From the NCBI GenBank assembly GCA_963726265.1, contig CAVSBQ010000002.1, forward strand, positions 96,229 to 160,228: a stretch of DNA of 64,000 nt, in the 5' to 3' direction. The position numbers were made by a program, and so were the translations under genes. Of this stretch, positions 28,195 to 38,509 are shown piece after piece (position 1 is the first letter of the stretch; each line of letters starts with the position of its first letter). Under the pieces are notes generated by a model. That model searched no databases. It was not told where the DNA came from and saw only the letters and a program-made list of their open reading frames with translations. The DNA comes from Candidatus Aenigmatarchaeota archaeon. GTDB lineage: Archaea > Aenigmatarchaeota > Aenigmatarchaeia > QMZP01 > QMZT01.

Positions 28195-28452
28195 TTATAT
28201 TATCTGGCCGAGAAACGTCACGAAATAGCCGCCCTCGCAGCTCGCGACCCATCTTCCAAAAGGAAACCACATAACGTTATAGTCGCATAAAAGTTCGCCG
28301 GTTTGCTTGTCTATCGTCCCGTCTATGCTGGCTTTTTCCTGCAGCATTCTGTCGTGAAGAGTCTGGTCGTCAAGCCAGGGCGCCCAAGCCAATAATAACA
28401 GGATTGACAAAAATGCAAATACGGCAATTTTTAGGTTTCTGTTCATTTTCAT
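28195..28452 (-). CDS. small secreted or membrane-anchored hypothetical protein
   Basis: Signal-like N-terminus; WFPFGRWVASCEG. Confidence 0.6.
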   Translation of the reverse strand: MKMNRNLKIAVFAFLSILLLLAWAPWLDDQTLHDRMLQEKASIDGTIDKQTGELLCDYNVMWFPFGRWVASCEGGYFVTFLGQII

Positions 28453-28510
28453 AAATTAAAGTTATGATGCAAGTTATTAAAATTTTCTTAAAACAAGTCC
28501 TCCGAAAAGT

Positions 28511-29608
28511 TCATCTGTAATTATCGCTCCAGTATTCTTTCACGGCGTCAAAGCTTTGCCTCTTGAAGAGGGTTTCCGGTTTTGTTCTGTCTCCGCCAAT
28601 TAGTCCCCAGTGAACCGGCGTCTCCTGGCCCGGTTCTTGATAGTCGTACAAATCAATAGAGAGCCCGATGACTTTGGGGTTGTCGAGAAGGGTTCTCAAG
28701 GAATTTACATACTGCTCCTTTTGCCATTCTTCGGAATAGCCTCCTGCCCTGGGATAATTGAAAGGCAAACTATCAATATTGTCGGCGGGATATCCCATCG
28801 CCCAGACAAAAATTCCCTTGTCAATGGCAGACCATTTGTCCAAAGCTACTTTCAGATCCCCCCAGTCGTCTATTTTATCATAAAAACCGCTGGCGACATT
28901 GAAGCCGAATGCATCAAAGCTGACATCTGCTTCTATCATCCGTTCAACAAAATCCGCGAGAAGAATTTTCCCGTGGTCATCCGTGTTGTCAAGGGATTCT
29001 TCCGGCCTGAATTCAGTCGGCGTCAGGGGGATGGCAATCTTCGCGCCGGGGTCGATAGTTTTAATTAGTTCAACTTCCCATTTGATCCAGTCTATAATCC
29101 ATGCATTTGTGATATTCTCCTTTATTTCATGGCCGGCGAAATTGGATTCAAGCTCGACCAGATATACGTCAACAGTAATATTCCTTTTCTTCGCCTGCTT
29201 GACCGCCTCCATGACAAATTCGCCATATTCCTCACTGAACTCGCCATCGATATCATTCTTGTTCACCCATGCAGGGATATTTGCCGGATTCCAGGCCAGT
29301 ACGTGCAGTATGCCAATTCTCAAAACCGAATGGTCATATTCCCTTACATTATCCGGGAATGCATCAACCCAGTTCCACTGGTCATCTGCGGGTTCGAATT
29401 TTGACCAGTCATCAAGGTAAATAGGAATCGTGTTTGTGCCAAGTTCCCTGGAAAACTCGCCTCCTGCGTTCGGGCCTTCGCTGTCGAGTAGCATGAAATC
29501 GGCGTTGATTGCGGACGACTGCCCTTGCGGCCACATCTTCAGAACCGCCAAAGAAACAATTGCGATAACAGCTATTCCGATTATGAGGATTGCGATTTTT
29601 TTGACCAT
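28511..29608 (-). CDS. membrane-anchored glycoside hydrolase-like (TIM barrel) protein
   Basis: N-terminal TM helix; WSKFEPADDQWNW, PAW, GYSEEWQ, HWGL resemble clan GH-A enzymes. The nucleophile region reads IFVWAMGYP with no Glu, so activity is uncertain. Confidence 0.55.
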   Translation of the reverse strand: MVKKIAILIIGIAVIAIVSLAVLKMWPQGQSSAINADFMLLDSEGPNAGGEFSRELGTNTIPIYLDDWSKFEPADDQWNWVDAFPDNVREYDHSVLRIGILHVLAWNPANIPAWVNKNDIDGEFSEEYGEFVMEAVKQAKKRNITVDVYLVELESNFAGHEIKENITNAWIIDWIKWEVELIKTIDPGAKIAIPLTPTEFRPEESLDNTDDHGKILLADFVERMIEADVSFDAFGFNVASGFYDKIDDWGDLKVALDKWSAIDKGIFVWAMGYPADNIDSLPFNYPRAGGYSEEWQKEQYVNSLRTLLDNPKVIGLSIDLYDYQEPGQETPVHWGLIGGDRTKPETLFKRQSFDAVKEYWSDNYR

Positions 29609-29657
29609 ATAATAATGTTAAAACGTTGACATAAAGTTGATAATAATAAGGCGGGCT

Positions 29658-30822
29658 TTATTTTTCCAGAACTAGCATGCTCTCGCGAAGAACGCCCACT
29701 TTTTCGACTCTGTGACGCATGCACCAGCGCTTGTTCAGCACGAGGATGTTTTTGACATCGAAGCCGGCCTTTTCTGCGAGTTGCGAAAGAAGCAAGTCGC
29801 TGTCAACCACGCGCTCAGGGAAGCAGCCGTTGCCCACGACAATCGCCAGTTTCGCGCCCGGCTTGCACACGCGGTAAAGCTCTGAAAGCGAACGACTGCA
29901 TGTCATGCAAATACGCGTTCGCCGCCAGCGGCAGGTCGGGAAAGAGGATTTCAGGCTCGGCCTTCGTTCCGATGAAAGAGCGTATGCCGTGCTCGCCGTC
30001 GCGGCTGCCGAAGAACAGAGCCTCCTCGACCCTGTAAATCCTCGTGTATTCTATCTTGTTGAGATAAGGGGGCGAGGTTATAACGAAATCGATGGCTTCG
30101 TCCTGAAGGCGGATATGCCTGGCATCGCCTTCCTCGATGATGGTTCTGCATTTCTTCCCCCCAGCCGTCTTGTGCTTTTTGAGGTCGTGGAGCATGTGCT
30201 TTATCCTTGCGAAATAGACCTTGCGGAACGGCGGGACGGGATGCTTTTTGAACTTCAGCGCGCCGCCATCCTTGAACATGTAGGAACAGCGTGTTGCCGT
30301 GGTTATGAGCGCGAGCTTGAAGAAGTCTCGGATTTCATGGTCATGTATCGCGCTCAGCTGGTGCCTGAAGAACAGGACGTCATCGAGCGTGTGCGGATTG
30401 AAGAAGCGCCTTACGTCGCCAGGGACCATCGTCCTGTCGGGCATCTCGAACCTCGACTGCCTCAGCGAAGCGAAGGCCTCCTTTAGCTTTGCGACGTCGT
30501 AACTCCTGCATTTGACCGTGGCGGCGAAGAGCGCGAGCGGGGAGATGTCGAAACCCACGGAGTTAATGCCGCGCTCGCGGCACGCGAGGTTCGTCGTCCC
30601 GACCCCGCAGAACGGGTCGAGCACGAAGGTTTTGGATGACGCCTTGGCGTTGAACATGTCCAGGACATTCAGCACCAGGTTGCGGGAATAGCCCTCCTTG
30701 TAATAGAACCAGTTGTAGACGGGCGAAAACTTGTTGGGGACGAAGGTCGCGTCCTCGCCCCACTCGGGCCTTTCGTGCAGCATGCCGTGCATTCCGGCGC
30801 CCCTGTAGTTCTTCATGGACAT
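29658..30822 (-). pseudogene. amino-DNA methyltransferase (SPPY type) split by a 1-nt frameshift
   Basis: DPFCGVGT and ITSPPY in 30822-29900; the C-terminal LSELYRVCKPGAKLAIVVGN...LRES continues in another frame after an extra base at about 29891. Confidence 0.8.
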
Positions 30823-30880
30823 GATTTTAATTAGAGCAAGCCGATATTATAATATATAGGCCTTGGGACACTGTGATTTG

Positions 30881-31939
30881 ATGAAACCTGCAGAATCTCA
30901 ATTTTATGTCATAAAAAAAGCCGACCTATCACGGTTTATGGATTCCCTAGCCGCTAAATTCAGGGTTTTTGCGCCTTCCGAGGCGGGCGGCGAGTGGAAC
31001 TTCGCTGAGGTAAAGGCATGGGGCGACGTTGACCTGAAAGAATATATCAACACCGAATTCCCGCCCAAAAGGTTCTTCCTTCCGGACGGCGAGGTGCTGG
31101 CGGAATACGACAAAGGAGGCACCATAAAAGAGGCCCAGCTGAAGGACAGACTGGTGATTTTCGGGGTGAGGCCGTGCGACACCCACGCGCTCGACGTCCT
31201 GGACAGGGTCATGCTCCCAGGCTGCGCCGACTCCTATTCCGACTCTTATTACAAGAAGCGCAGGGAAGCGGCGCTAATATTCGCCCTCGAGTGCACGAAG
31301 GCTGGCGAACATTGTTTCTGCGAATCCATGAAAACGTGCGAGGCGATTGGCTTCGACCTGCTTTTCAGCGACATGGGGAAGGAATTCCTGGTCAAGACCG
31401 GCAGCGAGCAAGGCAAGGCGCTCGTCGCCGGGAACAGGCTTTTCAAAAGAGCCAAGATGCCGGAACTGAACAAAGCGGCGAAGACGAAGCCTGCGAAGCT
31501 CGTGTTCGCGAAAAGGCTGGACACGAAAGGCCTGGAAAGGATAATGAATTTTTCATTTCACAGCAAGGTCTGGGAAGACGCGGCGAAGCGCTGCCTTTCC
31601 TGCGCGTCGTGCACGAGCGTATGCCCGACTTGCTACTGTTTTGACATTATGCACGAGGGCAACATGGGCGCGCAGGGCAGCCTGGGAAGCGGCAGGGTGA
31701 TGAGGACCTGCAGCTACTGCATGCTGAAACCCTTCACGCGGGTGGCGGGCAACCGCTTCAGTCGCGGGCCGAGAACCGAGCGCCTGAAGCAATTCTTCTA
31801 CCACAAGCTCGTCTACGGCAAGGAGAACCAGGGCAAGCATCACTGCGTCGGCTGCGGCCGGTGCATAAAGGAATGCATGACGCGCATAGACATAACCGAG
31901 GAAATCGGAAATGTAAGGAAGGAATATGAAAGGTTCTGA
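30881..31939 (+). CDS. group 3b NiFe hydrogenase (sulfhydrogenase) beta subunit
   Basis: FGVRPCD, CLSCASCTSVCPTCYC, CVGCGRCIKEC. Confidence 0.9.
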   Translation: MKPAESQFYVIKKADLSRFMDSLAAKFRVFAPSEAGGEWNFAEVKAWGDVDLKEYINTEFPPKRFFLPDGEVLAEYDKGGTIKEAQLKDRLVIFGVRPCDTHALDVLDRVMLPGCADSYSDSYYKKRREAALIFALECTKAGEHCFCESMKTCEAIGFDLLFSDMGKEFLVKTGSEQGKALVAGNRLFKRAKMPELNKAAKTKPAKLVFAKRLDTKGLERIMNFSFHSKVWEDAAKRCLSCASCTSVCPTCYCFDIMHEGNMGAQGSLGSGRVMRTCSYCMLKPFTRVAGNRFSRGPRTERLKQFFYHKLVYGKENQGKHHCVGCGRCIKECMTRIDITEEIGNVRKEYERF

Positions 31940-32756
31940 AAGGAACGAGTATCTGCCGAGGCCGGCCGAAATAACAGGCGTCGAAGACGAAGCATGCGAC
32001 ACGAAAACCTTCAGGCTCAAGTTTAAGACAGGCGGAGCGCTTGACTTCTCGCCGGGCCAGTTCGTGCAGGTCTCGGTTTTCGGCGCGGGCGAGATACCCC
32101 TGTCCATTTCCTCGTCGCCGTTCGAGAAAGGCTATTTCGAGATAAGCGTGCGCAGGTTCGGAGCTGTGACCGAGGCGCTGTTCGGCCTGAAGAAAGGCGG
32201 CATCGTCGGCATCCGCGGCCCGTACGGCAAAGGCTATCCTGTCGAGAAGTTCATCGGCAAGGACATAGTCATCGCCGCCGGAGGCGTGGGCATCGCCGCC
32301 GTCAGCGCGGTCATAGAGCACATCATGCACAACAGAAAGGACTACGGCAAGGTGTGGCTGCTTTACGGCGCGCACTGCCCGTCCAACGTGATGTTCAACA
32401 AGAGGATGAAGAAATGGTGCGCCAACGGCATAGAGGCGATGGTGACTGTTACGGACGTGAAAGGCGAAAAATGGAAAGGCGAAATCGGCTACGTGGAGCC
32501 GCTGCTGGAAAAACTCGGCGTGAGGGCGCACATCAGCATCTGCTGCGGCCCGCCAGGCATGATGAGGGACCTATACAACGAGTTCAAGAGGATTGGCATG
32601 GCCGACGAGAGCATGTATTTCTCGCTAGAGCGCATGATGCAGTGCGGCATAGGCAAGTGCGGCCACTGCAACATAGGCAAGATATACGTATGCACCGACG
32701 GCCCTGTTTTCACCTACGCGCAACTGAAGGGCGTTACGGAGAACATCTGGGGATGA
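31926..32756 (+). CDS. sulfhydrogenase gamma subunit (FAD/NAD(P), 2Fe-2S)
   Basis: PGQF, RGPYGKGY, AGGVG, CGPPGMM, ERMMQCGIGKCGHC, CTDGPVF. Confidence 0.92.
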   Translation: MKGSERNEYLPRPAEITGVEDEACDTKTFRLKFKTGGALDFSPGQFVQVSVFGAGEIPLSISSSPFEKGYFEISVRRFGAVTEALFGLKKGGIVGIRGPYGKGYPVEKFIGKDIVIAAGGVGIAAVSAVIEHIMHNRKDYGKVWLLYGAHCPSNVMFNKRMKKWCANGIEAMVTVTDVKGEKWKGEIGYVEPLLEKLGVRAHISICCGPPGMMRDLYNEFKRIGMADESMYFSLERMMQCGIGKCGHCNIGKIYVCTDGPVFTYAQLKGVTENIWG

Positions 32757-32757
32757 C

Positions 32758-33747
32758 ATGACAAAGAAAAGCGTGAAAAAAAGGAAGCCTAAGAAAGCCG
32801 TGAAGGCTTTGAAAAAAGGCAGGGTTGTTAAGAAGAGCAGAGTTGTTGAAAGGCACGCAGCTGTCAAAAAGGTTGTAACTGTGAAAAAGGCTGCGCCAGT
32901 CAAAACTCCTGTCAAACACCCGCTCAAGCACGCGGCCAAACCCGCGGCGGGCGGCAAAAAGAAAGTCGCTTTCATAGGCATGACCTCGTGCAAGGGGTGC
33001 TTCTTCCAGTTCCTGCTGCTCGGCAGGCGGCTGGCGGACGTTTTCGAAAACGTGAACATAACGAACTTCTGGATGCTCAAGGAATTCAACGACAAGGAAG
33101 GCGAATACGATGTCGTCTTCATGGACGGCGCGGTTTCGACCGAGCGCGAGCTGGAAGAGCTGAAAAAGGCGAGGGAGAAGGCACGCTTCCTCATTGCCTA
33201 CGGGACGTGCGCATGCTGGGGAGGCATTCCCTCCATAAGGAATTATGCTTCCAAGGACTACAGGAAAATCGTCTACCCGACCGAAACGAAGCACAAGTCG
33301 AGGAGCGAGGTAACGCCCGTCGACAGGCACGCCAGGGTCGACTATTACATGCGCGGCTGCCCGGTGAACGAGGACGAGGTCTTCGCGCTCATCGCCGACC
33401 TGCTCAACAATAAACGGCCTCGTGAGAAGGATTATTGCGTGTGCGTGGAATGCAAGAAGCGCGGCATCAAATGCCTGTTCAAGGACGGCGTCACGTGCTA
33501 CGGGCCGGTCACATACGCCGGCTGCAACGCTCCCTGCCCGGCCGCCAGGACGCCGTGCGACGGCTGCCGCGGCCCGCTGCCCGACGGCAACCTCGGGGCG
33601 GAGATCGAACTGCTGAAGGAGAAAGGGGTGACCATGGACGACATCAGGATGGTTTTCACTAGGTATGCCGGCTCGGCTGAAAAGTTCAGGGAAACCGGAA
33701 ACGGCCAGGCGGAGCAGGGCAATGCAGAAGGCAAAGCGGAGGAATGA
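32758..33747 (+). CDS. sulfhydrogenase delta (small) subunit with Lys-rich N-terminal extension
   Basis: TSCKGC, GTCACWGG, GCP, CVEC, C.GPVTYAGC.A.CP...PCDGCRG. Confidence 0.9.
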   Translation: MTKKSVKKRKPKKAVKALKKGRVVKKSRVVERHAAVKKVVTVKKAAPVKTPVKHPLKHAAKPAAGGKKKVAFIGMTSCKGCFFQFLLLGRRLADVFENVNITNFWMLKEFNDKEGEYDVVFMDGAVSTERELEELKKAREKARFLIAYGTCACWGGIPSIRNYASKDYRKIVYPTETKHKSRSEVTPVDRHARVDYYMRGCPVNEDEVFALIADLLNNKRPREKDYCVCVECKKRGIKCLFKDGVTCYGPVTYAGCNAPCPAARTPCDGCRGPLPDGNLGAEIELLKEKGVTMDDIRMVFTRYAGSAEKFRETGNGQAEQGNAEGKAEE

Positions 33748-35051
33748 TAATGAGCCATAAGGGTTTCACGCTCGAAGAGCTGACGAAACTGGAAGGCCAT
33801 GCGAAGCTCAACGTGGATATGAAAGGCGGGAAGGTAAATAAGGTCTGGCTCGAGGTCTACGAGGCTTCGAGGTATTTCGAGGCCATGCTGCTCGGACGCG
33901 ATTACAGGGAGGCGCCCAGCATAACGCAGAGGATATGCGGCATATGCTCGGTCGTCCACACGCTCACGTCGATAAAGGCCGTGGAGGACGCGTTCGGCAT
34001 AACGCCGTCGCAGCAGACGCTCGACCTGCGCAAGCTTCTCCTTTACGCGAGCACCATCCACAGCCACACCGCGCACCTGTTCTTCTTCGCGCTGCCCGAT
34101 TATCTCGGCTTCAGCGACGTGATAGAGCTCTCGCAGAAGAAGCATGAGCACATCCACCTCGCGCTCGACCTGCAGCAATTGGCGAGCGACATCGTGAAAC
34201 TCGTGGGCGGCCGCGCCCTCCACCCCGTCACCCCGGTCATAGGCGGCTTCACTTCCGTGCCGGACAAGGCGAAAATCGGGGCCATAAGGAAAAACCTGGA
34301 GGCGATGAAGAAGCTCGCGAAAAAGACCGCTGAAATCTTTGCGCCGCTGAAGCTGCCCGCGCTGGATATAAAGGCTCCGCAGCTCTGCCTGAAAAAAGCG
34401 AACGAATATGCGCTTTACGACGGCACCATAACCAGCAGCGACGGCTCGTTCTTCAGAGGCGGCGACTACAAGAAGCACATAAAGGAAACCATCAGGCCGT
34501 ATTCGAATTCCAAGCATTCCAGCTTCCAGGGCGGCAGTTACATGACCGGCGCTTTGCCGCGCCTCAACAGCAACTGGAGATACCTTTCCGACGACGCTGG
34601 ATCAATCCTTGCCGCCGCCGGGAAGGCAGGCATGAAGCCTCCTATTTACAACCCCTTTGCCAACAACTTCGCGCAGGCGGTCGAGATGGTCCATTTCACG
34701 GACGAGGCGCTGCATCTTACTGAGAAATACGCGAAAGGCATGCGCGGCGAGAAATTCGAGGCGCTGCCGAAAAAGACGGACAGCGAAGGCGTGGGCGTCT
34801 GCGAAGCGCCGAGAGGCCTGCTGCTCCACAACTACGGCATAGGCAGCGACGGCAAGATAAGATACGCGAACGTCATCACACCGACCTCGCAGAACGCCGC
34901 GAGGATGGAAGACGACATAGCGGCATTCCTGCCGTCAATCCTGAAAAAGCCGGGAGCTGAGGTGAAGCTCCTCCTGGAGATGCTGATAAGGGCGTATGAC
35001 CCGTGCTTCTCCTGCTCGAGCCATTTCCTCGAGCTGAAAATAAAGACCTGA
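33744..35051 (+). CDS. sulfhydrogenase alpha (large NiFe) subunit
   Basis: L1 RICGICSVVH, EAPRG, L2 YDPCFSCSSH plus a short cleavable tail. Confidence 0.95.
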   Translation: MIMSHKGFTLEELTKLEGHAKLNVDMKGGKVNKVWLEVYEASRYFEAMLLGRDYREAPSITQRICGICSVVHTLTSIKAVEDAFGITPSQQTLDLRKLLLYASTIHSHTAHLFFFALPDYLGFSDVIELSQKKHEHIHLALDLQQLASDIVKLVGGRALHPVTPVIGGFTSVPDKAKIGAIRKNLEAMKKLAKKTAEIFAPLKLPALDIKAPQLCLKKANEYALYDGTITSSDGSFFRGGDYKKHIKETIRPYSNSKHSSFQGGSYMTGALPRLNSNWRYLSDDAGSILAAAGKAGMKPPIYNPFANNFAQAVEMVHFTDEALHLTEKYAKGMRGEKFEALPKKTDSEGVGVCEAPRGLLLHNYGIGSDGKIRYANVITPTSQNAARMEDDIAAFLPSILKKPGAEVKLLLEMLIRAYDPCFSCSSHFLELKIKT

Positions 35052-35079
35052 CGCTCTATAGCCAGAAATCCCGGGCAAA

Positions 35080-35466
35080 TCACAGGGAGGCGAGCAGTTT
35101 CCCTGCCTCCCTCGCAGCCTCTGTTTTCTCCGAGCCGAAGGGCACGCCGATGATCCTGAACCTGCGCTTTTCGGCGGCCTCGAGAATCTTCAGCATCGAG
35201 CATAGGTCGAGGTCATGCGCCGTGACGCTCCTTGTCCTTGCGAACGCGTCCGCGCCGTCGAAGAGCCTGGCCTTCTTCAGGCCCTTCACGACGTCGATTA
35301 TGACTATCTCCCCGGATTTTTCCATGTGGCTGCGGATATCGAACGGGTTGTCGCATTTCAGGATATCGAAATTACCTGCTCTGCCGCCAAGCTCGCTGCA
35401 TATTTCCAGCGCGAGCTTATCGCCTTCGCTTTCGCTTCCGAAGCACAGGGCCAGCTTTTTCATCAT
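35080..35466 (-). CDS. hydrogenase maturation protease-like protein
   Basis: CFG...GD, IVIIDVV, TAHD; adjacent and convergent to the large subunit. Confidence 0.7.
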   Translation of the reverse strand: MMKKLALCFGSESEGDKLALEICSELGGRAGNFDILKCDNPFDIRSHMEKSGEIVIIDVVKGLKKARLFDGADAFARTRSVTAHDLDLCSMLKILEAAEKRRFRIIGVPFGSEKTEAAREAGKLLASL

Positions 35467-35707
35467 CCACCTTCCTGCCTTTCCTTGCGATTCTCCTGCC
35501 TATCCTCTTCTTTATCTCATGACCCTTCCAGACGAAGTAGAAGCCCAGCAGCACGATGACGATGTAGGTCGCAAGTATGCTGGGCGACGGCGGTATGCTG
35601 AACAACGGCGTATAGAACAAGAGCAAAAGGTATGTTATGATTATCACCCCTGCCAGCCATGCCACAAACGGCAGGAGCACCTTCGAATCAACGGTTTTGT
35701 CGGCCAT
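35417..35707 (-). CDS. small membrane protein
   Basis: Two TM helices and a basic tail overlapping the next gene. Confidence 0.6.
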   Translation of the reverse strand: MADKTVDSKVLLPFVAWLAGVIIITYLLLLFYTPLFSIPPSPSILATYIVIVLLGFYFVWKGHEIKKRIGRRIARKGRKVDDEKAGPVLRKRKRRR

Positions 35708-35728
35708 AACAATACGTTGGCTTATTGC

Positions 35729-37210
35729 CTAATCAATATCGATCTGTGCCCTCTGGAGGCGGCCCGAATAGTCGATGAACACGGTCTTGATTTCAGTGAA
35801 CTCCTTTATCGCCTCTGTCCCGGCTTCGCGGCCTCCGTTGCCAGTGCCTTTCACCCCGCCGAAGGGCAGATGCACTTCGGCGCCGATGGTCGGCGCGTTT
35901 ATGTAGACTATCCCCGATTCGGCGAGCCTCATTGCCTTCATGGCCTTGTTTATGTTTTTCGTGTAAATGGACCATGAAAGGCCGTAATTTACCGAGTTCG
36001 CAATTCTTATCGCGTCATCGAAATTCCTCGCCTCGATTATGGCAAGCACCGGGCCGAATATCTCCTCGCGGGCGATGGTCATGTCCTGCGTAACGTGAGC
36101 GAAGACGGTCGGGGCGATGAAGAAGCCTTTTTTATGTTCGCTTCCGTTCAGCCTGTGGCCGCCGCAGAGGAGCTTCGCTCCCTCTTTCTTTCCCCTGTCG
36201 ATGTAGCCCAGGATTTTCGTCATCTGCCTCGCGTTTATTATCGGCCCGACCTGCGCTCCTTTCAATCCGCTGCCGACCTTCAGCTTCGCGGTTCTTTTCA
36301 GCAGCCTCTCGGTGAATTTTTTCGCGACCGGCTTTTCGAGAATTATCCTGGACGTCGCCGTGCATCTCTGGCCGGCGGTCCCGAACGCGCCCCAGAGCGC
36401 GCCGTCTACCGCGAGGTCGATGTCCGCGTCGGCAAGGACGATCTGCGGGTTCTTGCCGCCCATCTCCAGCTCTACGGAGTTCAGCTTCTTCGCCCCCTCG
36501 ACGTAAAGGCGAGTTCCCACGTCCGTCGAGCCTGTGAAGGAAAGGTGATTTATGCCCTTGTGCTTCGCTATCGCGTCGCCTGCCGCCTCGCCGGAGCCAG
36601 TAACCATGTTCAGCACGCCCGCAGGGACGCCTGCCTCTTCCAGGATTTTCACGAGCTCAATCCCGCACGCTGGCGCGTCGCTGGACGGCTTGAAGACGAT
36701 GGTGTTCCCGCACACGAGAGCGGCAGGGATTTTCCAAGCAGGTATCGCGATGGGAAAATTCCACGGCGTTATCAGGCCGACGACGCCCTTCGGCTCGCGT
36801 ATGAACATCGCGAACTTGTCCTGAAGTTCGGAGGTCGTCGTCTCGCCGAGAAGGCGACGCCCTTCGGCTGCGACGTACTTGGTTATGTCAATAGCCTCCT
36901 GCACTTCCCCCCGCGCCTCCTCAAGGCTCTTGCCGTTCTCCTTCGTGAGCAGAACGGCAAGCGTTCCTTTCCGCTGCTCCATGAGATGCGCGGCCCTGAA
37001 AAGGATTTCGCCCTTCTTCGGCGCCGGGAAAAACTTCCATTTTTCGAACGCGGCGCGCGCGACCTGCGCGGCCAGCTCCACGTCTTTCTCGTTCCCGGCC
37101 TGGCATATGAAAAGCGCCTCGCCGTTAGCCGGATTTATTTTTTTGAAAGTTTTCCCTGAAGATGATTTAACCCATTTCCCGTTTATGTAATTAAGATAAA
37201 TTTTGACCAT
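35729..37210 (-). CDS. aldehyde dehydrogenase family protein
   Basis: ITPWNFP, FTGS, LEMGGKNP, AGQRCTA, EEIFGPV. Confidence 0.95.
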   Translation of the reverse strand: MVKIYLNYINGKWVKSSSGKTFKKINPANGEALFICQAGNEKDVELAAQVARAAFEKWKFFPAPKKGEILFRAAHLMEQRKGTLAVLLTKENGKSLEEARGEVQEAIDITKYVAAEGRRLLGETTTSELQDKFAMFIREPKGVVGLITPWNFPIAIPAWKIPAALVCGNTIVFKPSSDAPACGIELVKILEEAGVPAGVLNMVTGSGEAAGDAIAKHKGINHLSFTGSTDVGTRLYVEGAKKLNSVELEMGGKNPQIVLADADIDLAVDGALWGAFGTAGQRCTATSRIILEKPVAKKFTERLLKRTAKLKVGSGLKGAQVGPIINARQMTKILGYIDRGKKEGAKLLCGGHRLNGSEHKKGFFIAPTVFAHVTQDMTIAREEIFGPVLAIIEARNFDDAIRIANSVNYGLSWSIYTKNINKAMKAMRLAESGIVYINAPTIGAEVHLPFGGVKGTGNGGREAGTEAIKEFTEIKTVFIDYSGRLQRAQIDID

Positions 37211-37343
37211 TCGCACCACCTCACACCATTCGCCGCATAGCCTGCAAAAACTATACCTGCAAATAGTTTGGTTTGGTAAATAAAAAAGGAAAGGTCCGGA
37301 AATTTTCCGGCACCTGTTTTCCGCTTGAAATGATTGAGGTGGA

Positions 37344-38378
37344 TCAGTACATCTGTATGCCGAGGTCCCTGGAGAACATCTTGTCCACTTTCTTCGTCTC
37401 CTCGGTCTTGCTGCCCAGTATGTAAGGCGAGCTGACGCCGGTTATGATGGTTATGACCTGAAGCTTTCCTTTGTATTCCGGCAGGACGCGCGCTCCCCAC
37501 ATGACCGTCGCGTCGGGATTCATCTTCTTCGAAACGGTTTCTCCTATCAGGCTCACTTCATCGAGCGTGAGGTCCTCGCCTCCGATTATCTGTATCAGGG
37601 CGCCGGTCGCTCCTTCGTAGTCGACATCGAGCAGCGGGTGGTTGAGGGCTATGTCTATCGCTTCCTTCGCCCTGTTCTTCGTGTCCGATATGCCGACGCC
37701 GATGGTCGCGACTCCGCCGGAATGCATGATCGCCTTCACATCGGCGTAGTCCAGGTTGACAAGCGACGGCTGCGATATCGTCTCTGTCACGCCCTTTATC
37801 ATGGTCGCTATGAGGTTGTCCGCGACCGCGAATGCGTCGCCTAGCGGCTTGGTGCCCGCGAGCTCGAGCAGCTTCTGATTCTCGATGACGATTACGGTGT
37901 CGCATGCGTCCCTCAGGTGCAGCAGGCCGTCCTCGGCCTTCTTTATCCTGGCGCCTTCCATCTTGAACGGCAGCGTCACTGGTGCGATGACAATCGCGCC
38001 GAGCTCCTTCGCCATCTTCGCTATCGCAGGAGCGGCTCCTGTCCCGGTGCCTCCGCCCAGGCCGCACGAGATGAACAGCAGGTCGCATCCTTTCAGAATG
38101 TCCTTAATCTGCTCCTTCGATTCTTCGGCTGCTTTTCTTCCCACGTCGGGGAAGCCGCCCGCGCCCATGCCCTTTGTCGTCTCCCTGCCTATGAGCAGCT
38201 TCTTGTGCGCCTTGGTAACCGTTAGATGCTTGGCATCCGTGTTGATGCCGACCGTGACTGCGCCCTTTATGTCCATGCCGGTGAGGCGCGTTATCGTGTT
38301 GCAGCCGCCTCCGCCGCATCCAAAAACCATTATCTTTGCCTGATACGCGTCAAAACCCTCCAATGCATCCGGACACAT
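37344..38378 (-). CDS. ftsZ: cell division protein FtsZ (FtsZ2-type)
   Basis: GCGGGGCN, NTD, GLGGGTGTG, NLDYAD, NHPLLDVDY.GATGAL. Confidence 0.97.
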   Translation of the reverse strand: MCPDALEGFDAYQAKIMVFGCGGGGCNTITRLTGMDIKGAVTVGINTDAKHLTVTKAHKKLLIGRETTKGMGAGGFPDVGRKAAEESKEQIKDILKGCDLLFISCGLGGGTGTGAAPAIAKMAKELGAIVIAPVTLPFKMEGARIKKAEDGLLHLRDACDTVIVIENQKLLELAGTKPLGDAFAVADNLIATMIKGVTETISQPSLVNLDYADVKAIMHSGGVATIGVGISDTKNRAKEAIDIALNHPLLDVDYEGATGALIQIIGGEDLTLDEVSLIGETVSKKMNPDATVMWGARVLPEYKGKLQVITIITGVSSPYILGSKTEETKKVDKMFSRDLGIQMY

Positions 38379-38417
38379 ACTCACACCCCCAATAAACCAT
38401 TCGCCGATAAAACTAAC

Positions 38418-38452
38418 ATACTATATTTATCTATTTGTCTATCTACGTATTT
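38418..38452. promoter_or_regulatory. 8-bp-periodic tract directly downstream of the ftsZ TATA box (candidate operator)
   Basis: TATCTATT TGTCTATC TACGTATT; minus-strand TTTAAATA at about 38449-38456. Confidence 0.45.
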
Positions 38453-38509
38453 AAAAATATTTGTATAGCACGCAGAAAACTTTAAAAAGCATGAAAGTAT
38501 TAAATTACC

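Noticed and set aside
37205-38410. CGGCGAATGGT shared by the ftsZ and aldehyde dehydrogenase leaders
   Set aside because: Only 11 bp in two copies and adjacent to SD-like sequence; could be chance.
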